Of a DNA stretch of 64,000 nucleotides, positions 51,626 through 63,671 are shown piece by piece. Below the pieces are notes generated by a model. The model was not told the origin of the DNA. It worked only from the letters and a program-made list of their open reading frames with translations, and searched no databases. Each line of letters opens with the position of its first letter. Positions within the stretch are counted from its first letter, which is position 1. The stretch is from Octopus sinensis (Eukaryota), in NCBI RefSeq assembly GCF_006345805.1, contig NC_043013.1, forward strand, positions 54,932,001-54,996,000, given 5' to 3'. The position numbers and the translations under genes are program-made.

Positions 51626-51683
51626 GACGGCATCTGTACTAGATTCTTGATGTACTTCATTCTGATTTTTACTTAGCTGCCGT
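51626..51683 (+). other. Candidate 58-nt non-coding (UTR or poison) exon
   Basis: Strong acceptor ttttgctcttttgctttgcacag| and donor |gtaagt; stops in all three frames. Confidence 0.35.
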
Positions 51684-52135
51684 GTAAGTGTGTGAGTGTA
51701 TGCAGGAGGTGCAGAGGGTGGAGCGGGTTACAATCTTCTTATCTGTGTCATAAGGGGCAACTATAATGTTACTTTGAAAAATCATTTAGATTAGATTTCC
51801 TATGATGACAAAAGAAGAAGAGAAAAGATATTCAAACTTAGACAACGATCAGTTTTCCTCATTATTAGCATTATTCTTATTTTGGTTGTGTTTTATTCTT
51901 TATGTAAATAACAATAAAACAGTAAGAATTTAACAAAATTTATTTGCCAAAGTGCATAGTAAATATCAAATTGCACTTGGTGGTTTCTTGGTCAATAAAT
52001 GTAACAGACAATTATTGTGAGATTATAAGGAAGGATTTCATTATAACAATTATATAAACTGGCAGTAATAAATAATGTCTACTTAAAAAAAAAGAAAAAC
52101 AGTTCCATTGAAGTAAAGATAAACACAGCATATCG

Positions 52136-52169
<34 letters not shown>

Positions 52170-52829
52170 TATCTATCTATTATGTGATCTGGTAAAAGAT
52201 GAGAAATTTTTTTCTTTCTGACAAAAAACATCAAACTCAAGTTTTAAACTTTACACGGAATATTACTTTCTCACATTTAATATAAATTTATATGGAAATC
52301 TAATAAAGAATTTGTTTTGCTTTGTTTGTTTTGAAACTGATTATTATTATTTTTTTGAAAACAAAATAAATGGAAATGTTTGGCTACAGAAAAATAAATA
52401 GAATGTATCAATATTCTTTTCTCTTTTTACTTTTCTCAAACTTGTTGTTGCTATTATTATTATTAGTTTTATTTATGTTAGCATCAGTAGTAGTGGTGTT
52501 AGCAACAGCAGTAATGTTACTGTACATCTGAAAAGTATGTTTTTGGGTTTGTAGGTGTTACATTGATAGACGTATTAGCAGCCAGTTACCCTACCACCAC
52601 CACTGGTCCTTGAGTTCCTTTAGTGGGGTACACTTTAACGTAAACATTAAACCAGATCTCTTGTCTGAGAATAACTTCTTCCCTTTCCTCACTAGTTGCA
52701 GAGACCCTCAAAATGTTCATAGGGATATGACCCTTTTACATTCACTAAATCACTTCCTGAAAATGAAGTATTCATTTATAGCTGTGTGAACAAATTTTGT
52801 TTTTATTGGGGAATTTATTTCTCTTTATG

Positions 52830-52960
52830 TTCTGATTTGAAACCCTTCTGGGTCAACTGTGCCTTTCATCCTCAATAAACTGAAGTACCGGCCAAGTACT
52901 GAGGTCAATGGTATCAAATGAACCCTTCCATAACAATTGTTCACCATGTACCTAAATTAT
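52830..52960 (+). mobile_element. SINE family B, fragment
   Basis: gggtcaactgtgcctttcatcc...aagtaccggccaagtactgaggtcaat. Confidence 0.6.
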
Positions 52961-53898
52961 TCATTAGTGCAGTATTGTGGGTTCTGGTTGTGCAAACAAC
53001 TGAAGGAGATATAACTTGCAGGATGGAATTATTTACTTGTTCGTCTGTTTTGGGTATGAGTCTTAGACAAAATACTTTCGCTGCCAAGAATATTGTGTAT
53101 GTAGAACATAGAATATCTCTGTAGGCAGACTCTGTAGGTATACTGGAAGATTGTTATTTGGTAGGAAGATCTGAGAGGGGTTGTTTTTGGGGGGCATTAG
53201 TTGGACAATTTTATGAAAATAGAGGTCGTAGTGAATGGGCAAAGGTTGTTGATGTTTAATCCAAGGTCAGCACTGATCATGTGATAAAAAAAGATGTTAC
53301 AGCCATGACCATCCTATCATTATCTCAGATAAATTGATACATTGCACAATGGAGAATATTTTCCAATGTGACCCTCTTTTCTAAGATGGTGGGATATAAG
53401 TGAGGAATATTTAGCTACTATTTCTAACTAGTGGTGCAATCTTCTAAAGCAGTTATGGCCAAACTGCAGACCACAGGAATTTCTGAATGGCACAACTAAT
53501 GAAAAATTACCTTGAAATCGTTTAGTAGTGCAGCCCACCTGATGAGGAGCATGTCTCACGTGACCTGCTACTTGAGAAAGGTTGCTTGCCATGCCTGATA
53601 TGAGAATCTTCCTCAAAGAGCAAAGAATAGGTACAAGTTATCATCATCATTTTAACATCCATTTTCCATGTTTACAAGAGTCAGATGTTGAAGTAGATTT
53701 CTTTTGTTTTATAAACAGATTCCTTCCTTTTTGTCAACCCTTAACCGCAACATAATGTTTCCGCAGAAGATAGGAAATAAACAACATTGCTTATATGAAA
53801 ATATGGATCATTTATAACTATTATGCAAGGTCAAGAAAAGGAGACACAAGCACACACTTCCATGCATGCACACACATATTATATATATATATATAAAT

Positions 53899-54131
53899 GG
53901 AGGCACGTGGCTTAGTGGTTAAGGTGTCAGCATGTGGTTTCGATTCCTGGATTGGGTGATGTGTTGTGTTCTTGAGCAAAACACTTCATTTCATGTCGCT
54001 CCAGTCCGCTCAGCTAGCAAAGATGAAGAACACTGCGATGGACTGGCGTCCTGTCCACCTGGGGAACACATATGCCATTTTAACCGGAAAACCGGGCCCA
54101 TGAGCCTGGCTACGCTTTAAAAGGGTGCATT

Positions 54132-54135
<4 letters not shown>
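53899..54135 (+). mobile_element. SINE family C variant
   Basis: ggaggcacgtggcttagtggttaagg...ggtttcgattcc...gtgttcttgagcaaaacacttcatttca. Confidence 0.8.
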
Positions 54136-54177
<42 letters not shown>

Positions 54178-54285
54178 CACACACATATAATAATAATAAA
54201 AAGCAACAACAAAAAATTAAGACCTCGATATTAGAGAAATAGAGGATTATTTATATATGTTATAATTTAGAACAAACAGCAAAAG

Positions 54286-54363
54286 GTTGTCATTATAGTA
54301 CTCAGAGTTTCGAATGTCGGGGCGAAGAGCTACGATACATTCTTGTCAGCTATTAATGGCAAC
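54286..54363 (-). ncRNA. Type I hammerhead ribozyme fold, one substitution from canonical
   Basis: Stem I gttgccattaatag/ctataatgacaac; core CTGACAA (canonical CTGACGA); stem II GAATGT/ACATTC; GAAA; stem III ACTC-t-GAGT; GUA triplet. Confidence 0.75.
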
Positions 54364-54559
54364 AGACACTATGAAAAACTTAAATAAAAGGTAAGTAACT
54401 CTAACAGATGGAAAAAGAAAAAAAGATTAAAAAATACATGCAACTATATTCTCACAATACATAGACATAAACCTCCTATGTTCACAACGTCTACATACAC
54501 ACTCACACAAACATGTATATGTACATGTAAACATGCACAAATACATATAGTCTTATAGT

Positions 54560-54730
54560 TTAAATTTACAGAAAACAAGACGAAGACAGGTGTAGGAACA
54601 ACGAACAGGTGTATTAGTCTAATGCTCGGGAAAAATGGAAAAAATCTGTTACGTTTCAAGCCTATGCTCTTCAACAGAAAGGATTAAGAGGAAATAAATG
54701 GAGAGAGAAGGAAAAAACCAAGAGAGAAAA
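54560..54730 (-). mobile_element. Penelope-like terminal repeat (pLTR) with minimal hammerhead-like motif
   Basis: Homologous to 27325-27480; cttt-CTGTTGA-A-GAGC-atag-GCTT-GAAA-CGT-A-acag. Confidence 0.65.
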
Positions 54731-55145
54731 AGTGCAGAGTTCAATGGTCCAACATGGTGAGATGACTGTACAAAAGAGGATGAATGAAAGGGAGGTAATA
54801 ATAATAACACTGGTAATGGTGACCCCTACAAACTAAGATGCGCAAGTGTGTTTCTTTATGTGAAAATGGTGTGTGTAAGTGTATATGTGTGAATGGGGGG
54901 GCAGTAAGTGTGTATGTGTGAGTGAGTGTGTGTGTATGAATGTGTGTATGTGTGTGAGTATGTGCATGAACAAGTGTATATGTGTGGGGCTAACTTGTGT
55001 GTGGGTATGTGGATAATGGTGTGTGACGTGGGTGCTGAGACATGTTCGGTGCTGGTGTGTGTGCAATGGTGTGTGAAGTGAGTAATGAGTTAAATATTGT
55101 GTATAGGTGTTTGTATAGAGGTGTGTGTGGTGAGGGTACTGAGGT

Positions 55146-55373
55146 AGGCGGCGAGCTGGCAGAAACGTTAGCACGCTGGGCGAAATGCTTTGCGGTATTT
55201 CGTCTACCGTTACGTTCTGAGTTCAAATTCCGCCGAGGTCGACTTTGCCTTTCATCCTTTCGAGGTCGATAAATTAAGTACCAGTTACGCACTGGGGTCG
55301 ATATAATCGACTTAATCCCCTTGTTTGTCCCCTCTGTGTTTAGCCCCTTGTGGGTAGTAAAGAAATAGGTATG
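55146..55373 (+). mobile_element. SINE family B, young full-length copy inserted in the PLE
   Basis: ggcggcgagctggcagaaacgttagcacg...gagttcaaattccgccgaggtcgactttgcctttcatcctttcgaggtcgataaattaagtaccag; CpG-rich. Confidence 0.9.
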
Positions 55374-55375
55374 CG

Positions 55376-56030
55376 GGTGTGTAGTTGGATGGAGGCAGTT
55401 GAATGAGGGAGCTGAGTGGGAATCCATGTGAGGTCATTGTAAGATGAAGAGAAGTAGTGAGCTGAGCCCATATGGTGCAAAAGAATGAAGAGAGAAGATT
55501 TATTCTTGTACACAGGGAAGCAGGAGTCGAGGTGGCCCCTGTGCAGAGACAGTCTGAACACAGACAGATGTTGTAGTGAATGACCAGTAGAGTGGAAGTG
55601 GCATGAGACTGGGGTGTCATTACTGAGTCTGATGTCTCATAGGTGTTCTGTGAACTGGTCAGCCTACAGGGAAGGACAGAGAGAGCAGGTGATGCAGTAG
55701 ATAATATTACTAGAGCTGCAGGTAAAGGATAGGGATGGTGAAGAGTGCCAGTGAAAATGGTGGTTTTGGAGAGGTAAGGGCAGGTGTGACAGCATGGGCG
55801 AGAGCAGGAGAAGGAGCCAGGGCTAGGGAAGAAACAGTGGACCAGGAGGACACACAGGTTATAGGTTCATTTGAAGGAGGAATGGGGTAGGTTAGAGAAG
55901 ATGTGCAAGGTGGAGTAAGAAGTGAAGAATATAGATTTCTTACATTGTTCAGTGATATTGTTGTAGAGGCTGGTAACAGCTGCAGGCTGATGGATCAAGA
56001 ATGTTAGGGGAAGAGTGCCAAGGCATGATA
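55376..56030 (-). pseudogene. Penelope-like element GIY-YIG endonuclease remnant
   Basis: FTCSSSNIIYCITCSLCPSL*[YIG motif deleted]ADQFTEHL*DIRLSNDTPVSCHFHSTGHSLQHLSV, matching the PLE pattern FTC.S.N.IYCI.C..C...YIGET...RF.EH......PV..HF....HS. Confidence 0.8.
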
Positions 56031-57688
56031 TCGCACCATTAAGTTCATAGTTTGTGACACACCCATAAACACAGGTATGCTGTGTTACTTAAGCAGACAT
56101 ACTTTGACCGAGTATTGCAGCATTAGTAAATACATGGAGGTATATCTACAGAAAGTTAACCTTGTGAAACTGGACCCAGAAAGCCCCTTTTTTGGCAATT
56201 TGGGATAAGGATGAATAAAATAAGACTATATCATGATCCGCTCATCTGTCTCTTTCAAATTTCAAATGTGAAGCCACAGAAAGTCACTTGCTAAAAATGT
56301 AAACAAGATTGTGGCAAATACAAGGTTTTATTTTAGAAATGATTGTAATATAATAATTTGTTGAAATGTGTAATTTTGGATTCTGATAGCAGATTTACTT
56401 CCCTAAAAGCATTGAAAGACATCTCATTTTCTAAGTATTAAAAGAAAATTGGATTTTAAAATTTATGTTTGGAAATAAATATCTTGTTACTTTCGTTTTT
56501 GTTGTTTCTAGCTTTTGTTCTTTTTAATTCCCCAAACAGTTATGTCAAGTTAATAATGTTAAAACACTGAATGTGTAGATTTGAGAAAAATATATTTAAA
56601 CACACACATGAACACACATGCATACACACACACATTTATACTTATACACACATATACAATGAACCAATATAAATATTTTTGTGAGAATTTTCATTTTATG
56701 TTGTTTTACAAATCAGATTTTGGTAAAATCATTACATGATTTCCTCCACTAAATTCATGAAAAGGGGATTATATTTTTGCTGTCAAACATATATTCGATT
56801 TGACTTTTTAAAATTTCCCCAGAGAAAAAAAAAATCTGAATGGGTTTCTTTTTTTATCAGCATAGAATTTTGCTCAAAAATATTTTTCTATTTGAGTAAA
56901 TGAAGATCATAGAAACATCTACAATAAAAAGGAAAGTCTGTTTATAAAAATGGGGTTGGCTCTCTTGATAGGTGATGAGACAAGTGACTCAGAAATCAGT
57001 TATTCATTTCTTATTGCTGACACTGTGCTATGTCTATGGCCAAAAGGTTGAATTCTGCAGGGTTTGTTAAGAAGCCATCCTAGGTCAGCCCCGAATAAAT
57101 AAATCTATGAAACTAGCATGACCACAAGGTGTTGTCCTGATGACATCCTAAATTCTGTGGGTGTGTGGGGAGGATGGAATTCTGATGGAATGTGTCATCA
57201 GAGTAAATGGAAAATCTGAGAATGATGGTGGCAGTTGATATTCTTTAGAAAACAAACTCACTTAGAATGAGCTCAAGAACCTTAGAAAAAAAAAGAAACA
57301 AATTCTTTATTCAAACGTAATTAAAATTTCATTCAAATTTCATTTGTTGCAATAATATCTCAATGATTTGTATCGTGTTGAAAAGACATAAATAATAGAT
57401 TTTGGAGATGGGGAAATCCTCAACTGAAGATCAAATCCTAATGTGGCAGATATTTGTAGAAACTACAATAACTTTTGAATGGTCATTCAAGCCATGTTGC
57501 CAGTGACCAGGTCACAGATGTTCCATGAAAATCTAGACACATTATTATCATCATCATCATCATCTAATATCCATTAAATGATAATAACATCAAGAAATAA
57601 ATAAAAATAGAAAATTAACAGCTTTTTAGGTTTCAAGATAATTAAAATTAGTCTTCGTTGATATAATTGTTCTTATTTGCACTTTTAA

Positions 57689-57908
57689 TCCTTGTTATAC
57701 CAATCCAGCTGAAACCAGCTCTGGCTCTGTAGTACAAATGTCTTGTTTCCAAAAGTTTTGAATTAAAATCTTCCTCCAAACCTTGGTCACAATTTATGTT
57801 CCTAACACTGGCTTAAGGATGACTAAGCTATTTTATTAAATTCTTTGCTATATTTTTAATTAATTCAAAGAAACAGAGCATCACATCAGAAATATGGTAA
57901 CAAAAGGG
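57689..57908 (-). mobile_element. TTAA-flanked MITE, inverted copy of 5166-5381
   Basis: gctgaaacc.gctctggc.ctg.gtacaaatgtcttgtttc...; ends gtaacaaaaggg|ttga. Confidence 0.75.
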
Positions 57909-58164
57909 TTGAATATTAACAATTTGTGGACTTTACATTGTACACGAATAACTTTTGAAGAGTAAATTGCTTAACTTTTTCCTTATACAACATTTTCAAA
58001 GATTTCAACCATTTAAATAAAAGTTGGAATTCAGTTTTCGGTTTCAGTAATCTTTTTACTTTCTTGTTTTGCGTCTTATAATTGCTGAGTTAGCAAATAT
58101 ATTCTTTAAATAATAAATAACCCCAAACTAAATTAAAATTATGAAAACATTAAGCAAAAACATT

Positions 58165-58512
58165 TATCTTCCCTCTTTAATTGCTTCAGTCATTAGACTG
58201 TGGCCATGCAGGGGCACCACCTTGAAGAATTTTTTAGACAAAGGAACAGACTCCTACACGGAATTTTTTTTAAGACTGTACTTATCCTATTTATCTTTTG
58301 CTGAACTGCTAAGTTATAGGAACATAAACATGCCAACACCAGTTGTCTAGTGGTGGTGATGCACAGACACACACACACACATATATATATATATGATGGG
58401 CTTCTTTCAGTTTCCAAGGCTTTGGTTGGTTAAAAGACACTTACCCAAGGTGTGTCGGAAGCCAGAACCACGTGTTTGGGAAGCAAACTTCTTACCACAC
58501 AGCTACACCTGT
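58165..58512 (-). mobile_element. SINE family A, internally deleted
   Basis: Reverse-complement tail and head. Confidence 0.78.
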
Positions 58513-59004
58513 GTCTATTCCTAATAAAACACATCTATTCAAATTACAGATTTTCTGCTACAAGAAATCTTAATACCCCAATTAATTACTGTTAAAATGT
58601 CAGTTAATTAATGTTTAGTCTTCTTATGTATTTTATTTGTTTGATCTTCTTCACAACAAAAAGAAACAAAACTGAATGCTTATAATGTTTGTTGCTGAGC
58701 CCAGAGTCAGCTTTCATCCAGCAGATATAAAACCAACGGCATTCTAGTTGTGAACAGCCCAACTAGGGCTGTAGCATTCCATGTGCCTTCAACTTTTAAG
58801 ATGCTAAGGTTTGATTTTCAGGAGATTTTATTTCTATTTCTAGAACGCTGATTAATTATCCATTATTAGCGTTAGCTCTTGATAGTGAAGATGATAATGA
58901 TGATGATGATGATGATGATGACAATGATGGTGAAAAGAGGCAGGATGTTAGTTATTAATTAATAGTTAATTGTTATTTTATGCTTTTGAATTTGCTGGTA
59001 ACTA

Positions 59005-59335
59005 TTCCTTTCTACTATAGGCACAAAACCTGAACTTTTGGAGCTAGTCAATTATACTGACCCCAGTATGCAACTGGTACGTAAAGTCAATCTTGGCGGA
59101 ATTTGAACTCAGAACATAAAAACAGACGAAATACCACTAAGCATTTCGCCCAGCGTGCTAACGATTCTGCCAGCTCGCTGCCTTATACTGACCCCCCAGT
59201 GCACAACTGGTATTTATTTTATTGACCCCGAAAAGAGGATAGGCAAAGAATTTGAACTCAGAATATAAAGATGGATGAAATGCCTCTTAGCATTTTGTCT
59301 GGCATATTAATGATTCTGCCAGCTCGTTACCTTTA
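59005..59335 (-). mobile_element. SINE family B, two tandem copies
   Basis: gaatttgaactcagaa...gcatttcgcccagcgtgctaacgattctgccagctcgc occurs twice. Confidence 0.82.
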
Positions 59336-59904
59336 ATTTGCAATTAATAAATTAGTAAACTAACTCACCAAATGTACAAATATAAACTTTTAGAAGTTAA
59401 AAACAAAAGTTATTAAAGAGCCGTTAAATAATAAAAGAAATATCAAATTTATAAATATGTATGAAAAAATTTATTCATTAATGTTTAAAAATTATGATTA
59501 AATTATTTATAATTGTTTTTAATTCAAGCAATTTTTAAAAAATTATATTTCTCCAATTTTTCTCCAATTTTTTATTCTGTTGCCAAATATATATGATAAT
59601 TATAAATGCAATAAATTCATATAAATACACACACACACACATTAGCTGAAGTTGGTTTAATTAAGACAGTGTAATTGCTGCTTCCTCATGAACCGTGTTA
59701 CACTTCACTACATTTGGACCCTGAGTGCATGTTCTGCTGTTAATTATAGCAGTTGCTTACAGGTACTAATTACAATTAATGTTTATGTTTATGCAGTGCT
59801 TACTGAACCTTCATTGAAGACTTCCTTTCTTGTACGATGATTAAGAAAACCATAAATGAACTGACTCTTAATGCATTAAGTCTTTGCCACATGAACTGAT
59901 TTAA

Positions 59905-60120
59905 CTCTTTCGATAACCTGTCTGAGGCTGCTTCTGGTTCTTTGATACACTATTTCCTGTTTCAAAGTGATCTGTATTAAAAATATTCCATCAACATATT
60001 TTAATTTAGGTTTTAAATGCCACCTTAATTACAACAAAGTTATTTTACTAAACTCTTCATTGTTTACAGCATCAACTGGAACAAAATAAACCAATTCCAA
60101 CAGAAATATGGCAACAAAGT
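59905..60120. mobile_element. TTAA-flanked MITE related to 57689-57908
   Basis: ttaa|ctctttcgata ... cagaaatatggcaacaaagt|ttaa. Confidence 0.5.
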
Positions 60121-61808
60121 TTAAAAGACGTCCACTCCGGTTTCATAGTTCTTCAGTGTATTCTTTAAATACACCTAAGTCATCTCAAATCAGCTGCCTA
60201 CAGTTGTGTCAGTTCTTTAATTTGACTGTTAATATTCCAATATACTTCTTATACATAACTTTCTTTTAGAAATTAAAAATGAAGACAGGATTTGCTCAGG
60301 ATAAGCAGACTCTAAGGATTCCTTTAGATGATGCAAAACTTAAATAATTATATCTAAAGAAAACAAGCTGCTGTGTATAGAGTATCCGTGCAATTATATT
60401 ATCCTGTAAATATTTGATACATTCCACAACTATTTCATTATTCAATCTAGTTTTATCTTGAAACATAGAATTTCAAGCAAACGATAGAAATATCTGTTTC
60501 AATTGATTTTCATATTGCTTGAAGGCTAAGTCTATAAACTGACATTTTAGAGTAGAATCACTTTCAGTCACAGACTCAAACTATTGGCTTCTGATTGGAT
60601 TTATTTCAACAAAGTTGTACAATGTGAAAACAGTTTTATTTTGCCATATGGTCAACTAATTTTCTCTCGGCTTTTCAAAGTTTTTCTCTTTCTTCTCATA
60701 TTGTCCTTCCTACTTCATTCGTCATTTCCTTCCCCTCAGCCATGCATTTTTAGGTTATATTTTATATCTAGTAAGACATCATCACCATCATCGTTTAATG
60801 TCTGCTTTCCATGCTGGCATGGGTTGGACAGTTTGACTGGAGCTGGCAAGACCACGAGCCACATCAGGCTCCATTGTCTTTAAAATTGCCATTAGGTGAC
60901 TACAAAGAATTGAACCCTGTACTTCTCAGATACTAGCTGAGCACTCTGCACCATTAGGTTAAGTGGGCCCTGACATCATATTTGTAACTATTTCCGTGGG
61001 TCTTATTTTTATTAGTCCTATAATAGTTAAATAGAATTTTAAGGCATACATATGTTTGCTTGAGCCCTGCCGCATTTATATTTGATTATACCTACAAACA
61101 TATGGACACAGCAAGTTTTATAAATGCTAAATATATTAAACGTATAATAACAATTAAAATAAATACGGCTGGATGTTTGGCAAAGAAACCATCTCTTCCA
61201 AACATTAAGACACGCTGTACTTTAGAAAGACACACCAATTTGCAGTGATATTTATCTGTGAGCTGTGCTTAAACGATAGACTTATTTCTTAAAGTGTCTC
61301 TAAATCAACATTTGATATCCTTCTCTGCATCTGCATCCATTATCTTAACATCTCATCAATGGTAAAACAGCATTCAGTGAATACAAAATAACAATGATTC
61401 AATAATGAATGAAATTATCTTAAGCTGCATCATAAATATTATTAGTTTAAGGCTTTTAAAGGGATTTTGCCTCAGTCAGTGGCACAAGTGACTGTTAATG
61501 GTAATCATAGCCATTACCAAGCACTTCTGTAAGTTCGATAATTCTGTTTCCCTCAGCAACCGAGACAACTATTGTCACTAGAAATGCTTAAAGTGCTCTT
61601 GGTAAAAACGACCAGACATTTAATAGGGATATATCTAAGCACGGAAGTACATGAGACATTCATAACTATTTGTTAACCATTATAGCAGAATATGAGAATA
61701 ACAGACACTTAAAAGATTTGAATTCTTTCATCTGAAGGAACAAGTAATACTGCTGTGGTTTGATTAAAATGAATTATGGCTAACATCATTTAACTATTTG
61801 TAATTATA

Positions 61809-62194
61809 GGTGTAGGGGTGGCTGTGTGGTAAGTAGCTTGCTTACCAACCATATGGTTCTGGGTTCAGTCCCACTGCGTGGTACCTTGGGCAAATGTCTT
61901 CTATTATAGCCTCGGGCTGACCAAAGCCTTGTGAGTGGATTTGGTAGACGGAAACTGAAAGAAGCTCATTGTATATATGTATATATATATGTGTGTGTGT
62001 ATATATGTTTGTCCCCCCAGCATCGCTTGACAACCGATGCTGGTGTGTTTACATCCCCGTAACCTAGCGGTTCAGCAAAAGAGCCTGATAGAATAAGTAC
62101 TAGGCTTACAAAGAATAAGTCCTGGGGTCGATTTGCTTGACTAAAAGGTGGTGCTCCATCATGGCCACAGTCAAATGACTGAAACAAGTAAAAG
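61809..62194 (+). mobile_element. SINE family A, best-preserved full-length copy
   Basis: tRNA-like A/B-box head, ccttgggcaa CORE-like segment, internal (TA/TG)n, 3' hairpin cagtc-aaat-gactg. Confidence 0.92.
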
Positions 62195-63208
62195 TGTTAC
62201 CCCATTTCTCTAACATGACTATGGTAACTATATTAAAAACAAATGTTGGCATTCAGGTGGACTGTTTATTACCAATCATTAAGGTATTGCTATGCACTGC
62301 CTTTCACTCACTTCCTCTATTTTTAGATGACATTCAATTCCAAATAATTGCTTATTTGGTGGGGCCAGTCACAACATATTTCTGAAAATTACTGTATTTC
62401 ATAATGTTCCTTGCAGTCTAGTTTCCATAATTCAGCTGTTGACCAAAATACATTCTGTTATCAAGAATAAAGGTTCCCTAAATACAACCACCCCCCACAC
62501 ACAAAAAAGCATTAAAAGTGTATCTGAGTAAGGTTATATTTACAGATGTCAGCGTTGTATTTGCGTTATTTTGAGAATTGACAAATAGATATCAACGAGA
62601 TCAATACCGAACTGAAATAATATGTTCTGGGGTTGAAGGGATTGATGATAAAAACCCTTGAAAGCCCCAACATGAAACCCCAATATGTCCAGTGGTGTAA
62701 ATTAGAAGAAAAATAAAAGAATCACAGCAAGTTTCGTTTTATATTTCCAATAATTTCCTTGATTTCACATAGAAAATTCAAAGATATCAAAAAATACCCA
62801 AATTACTGATAATTAATTAATTAACAATTAACCTTCAGTCATTAAAAATAGTAGTTGTTGTTAAACCTTACTAAACCTGCTTCAGCAGTCCTATCATATG
62901 TAGAGAGGTGGATTTAGTAGTTATTGTTTAACCACAGGTCAACCCTGTCTGAGTGCACCAATCATCAAAGACTGTTCTGTGGCCTGTATTTTTCTACTTC
63001 TCCATTTCCCAAAATAATTTTGGCATTGTTTAAAATTACAGGTTCTAATTTAAAGAAGATTTAGCTGTTGTATTTGGCAGGTCAACCGATCACATAGAAA
63101 CTCCTCTTCTGGTGACCCAGCATGTATTAGTGTAGTTTTGGTCATTCAGGTTTAATAAGAGGGATCTTTTAGGTTCAGTCAGTGCAGTTGGTGTAACAAC
63201 TACAATTT

Positions 63209-63671
63209 CATTATTTACATTTGACAGATATTTGTCCTCATCTTGTTTGTTGTTAACAGAACATTTCAGCTGATATACCCTCCAGCCTTCATCAGGGGTC
63301 TTGGGGAAATGTCGAACCTGGGTTCTGGTTCTTAAGGTATTTTTCGATGTTATTATTTTTATTATTATTATTATTATTATTTAGGTCACTGCTTGAAATC
63401 GAACTCAGAATCTTGGGGTTAGTAGCCAGTGCTCTTAACCACAATGGGCATATTGTATAGTGGTTAAGAGCATGGGCTACTAACCCCAAGATTCCAAGTT
63501 AATTCCAGGCAGTGACCTGAAAAATAACAACAACAACAAAAAAAAATACCTTGGGAATGAGAACCCAGATTCGAAATTTCCCCAAGATACCTGATGAAAG
63601 CTGGAGGGTGTATCAACCAAAACGTGTTAACAACAAAGATGACGACAAATATTCATCAAATGTAAATAATG
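63209..63671. mobile_element. Head-to-head palindromic tRNA-derived element with hammerhead-like tails
   Basis: Two inverted arms, each tRNA-like head + (AAT/AAC)n + CTGATGA-A-GGCTG...CAGC(T/C)-GAAA tail; heads meet near 63445. Confidence 0.88.

Noticed and set aside
53448-53597. Possible hAT-type MITE containing a CTGATGA
   Set aside because: The terminal repeats are too degenerate, no 8-bp target duplication was found, and there is no stem II/GAAA partner for the CTGATGA.
63446-63520. Possible tRNA gene (and other tRNA-like heads in SINE families A, B and C)
   Set aside because: No intact acceptor stem or cloverleaf; each head is fused to a SINE body.
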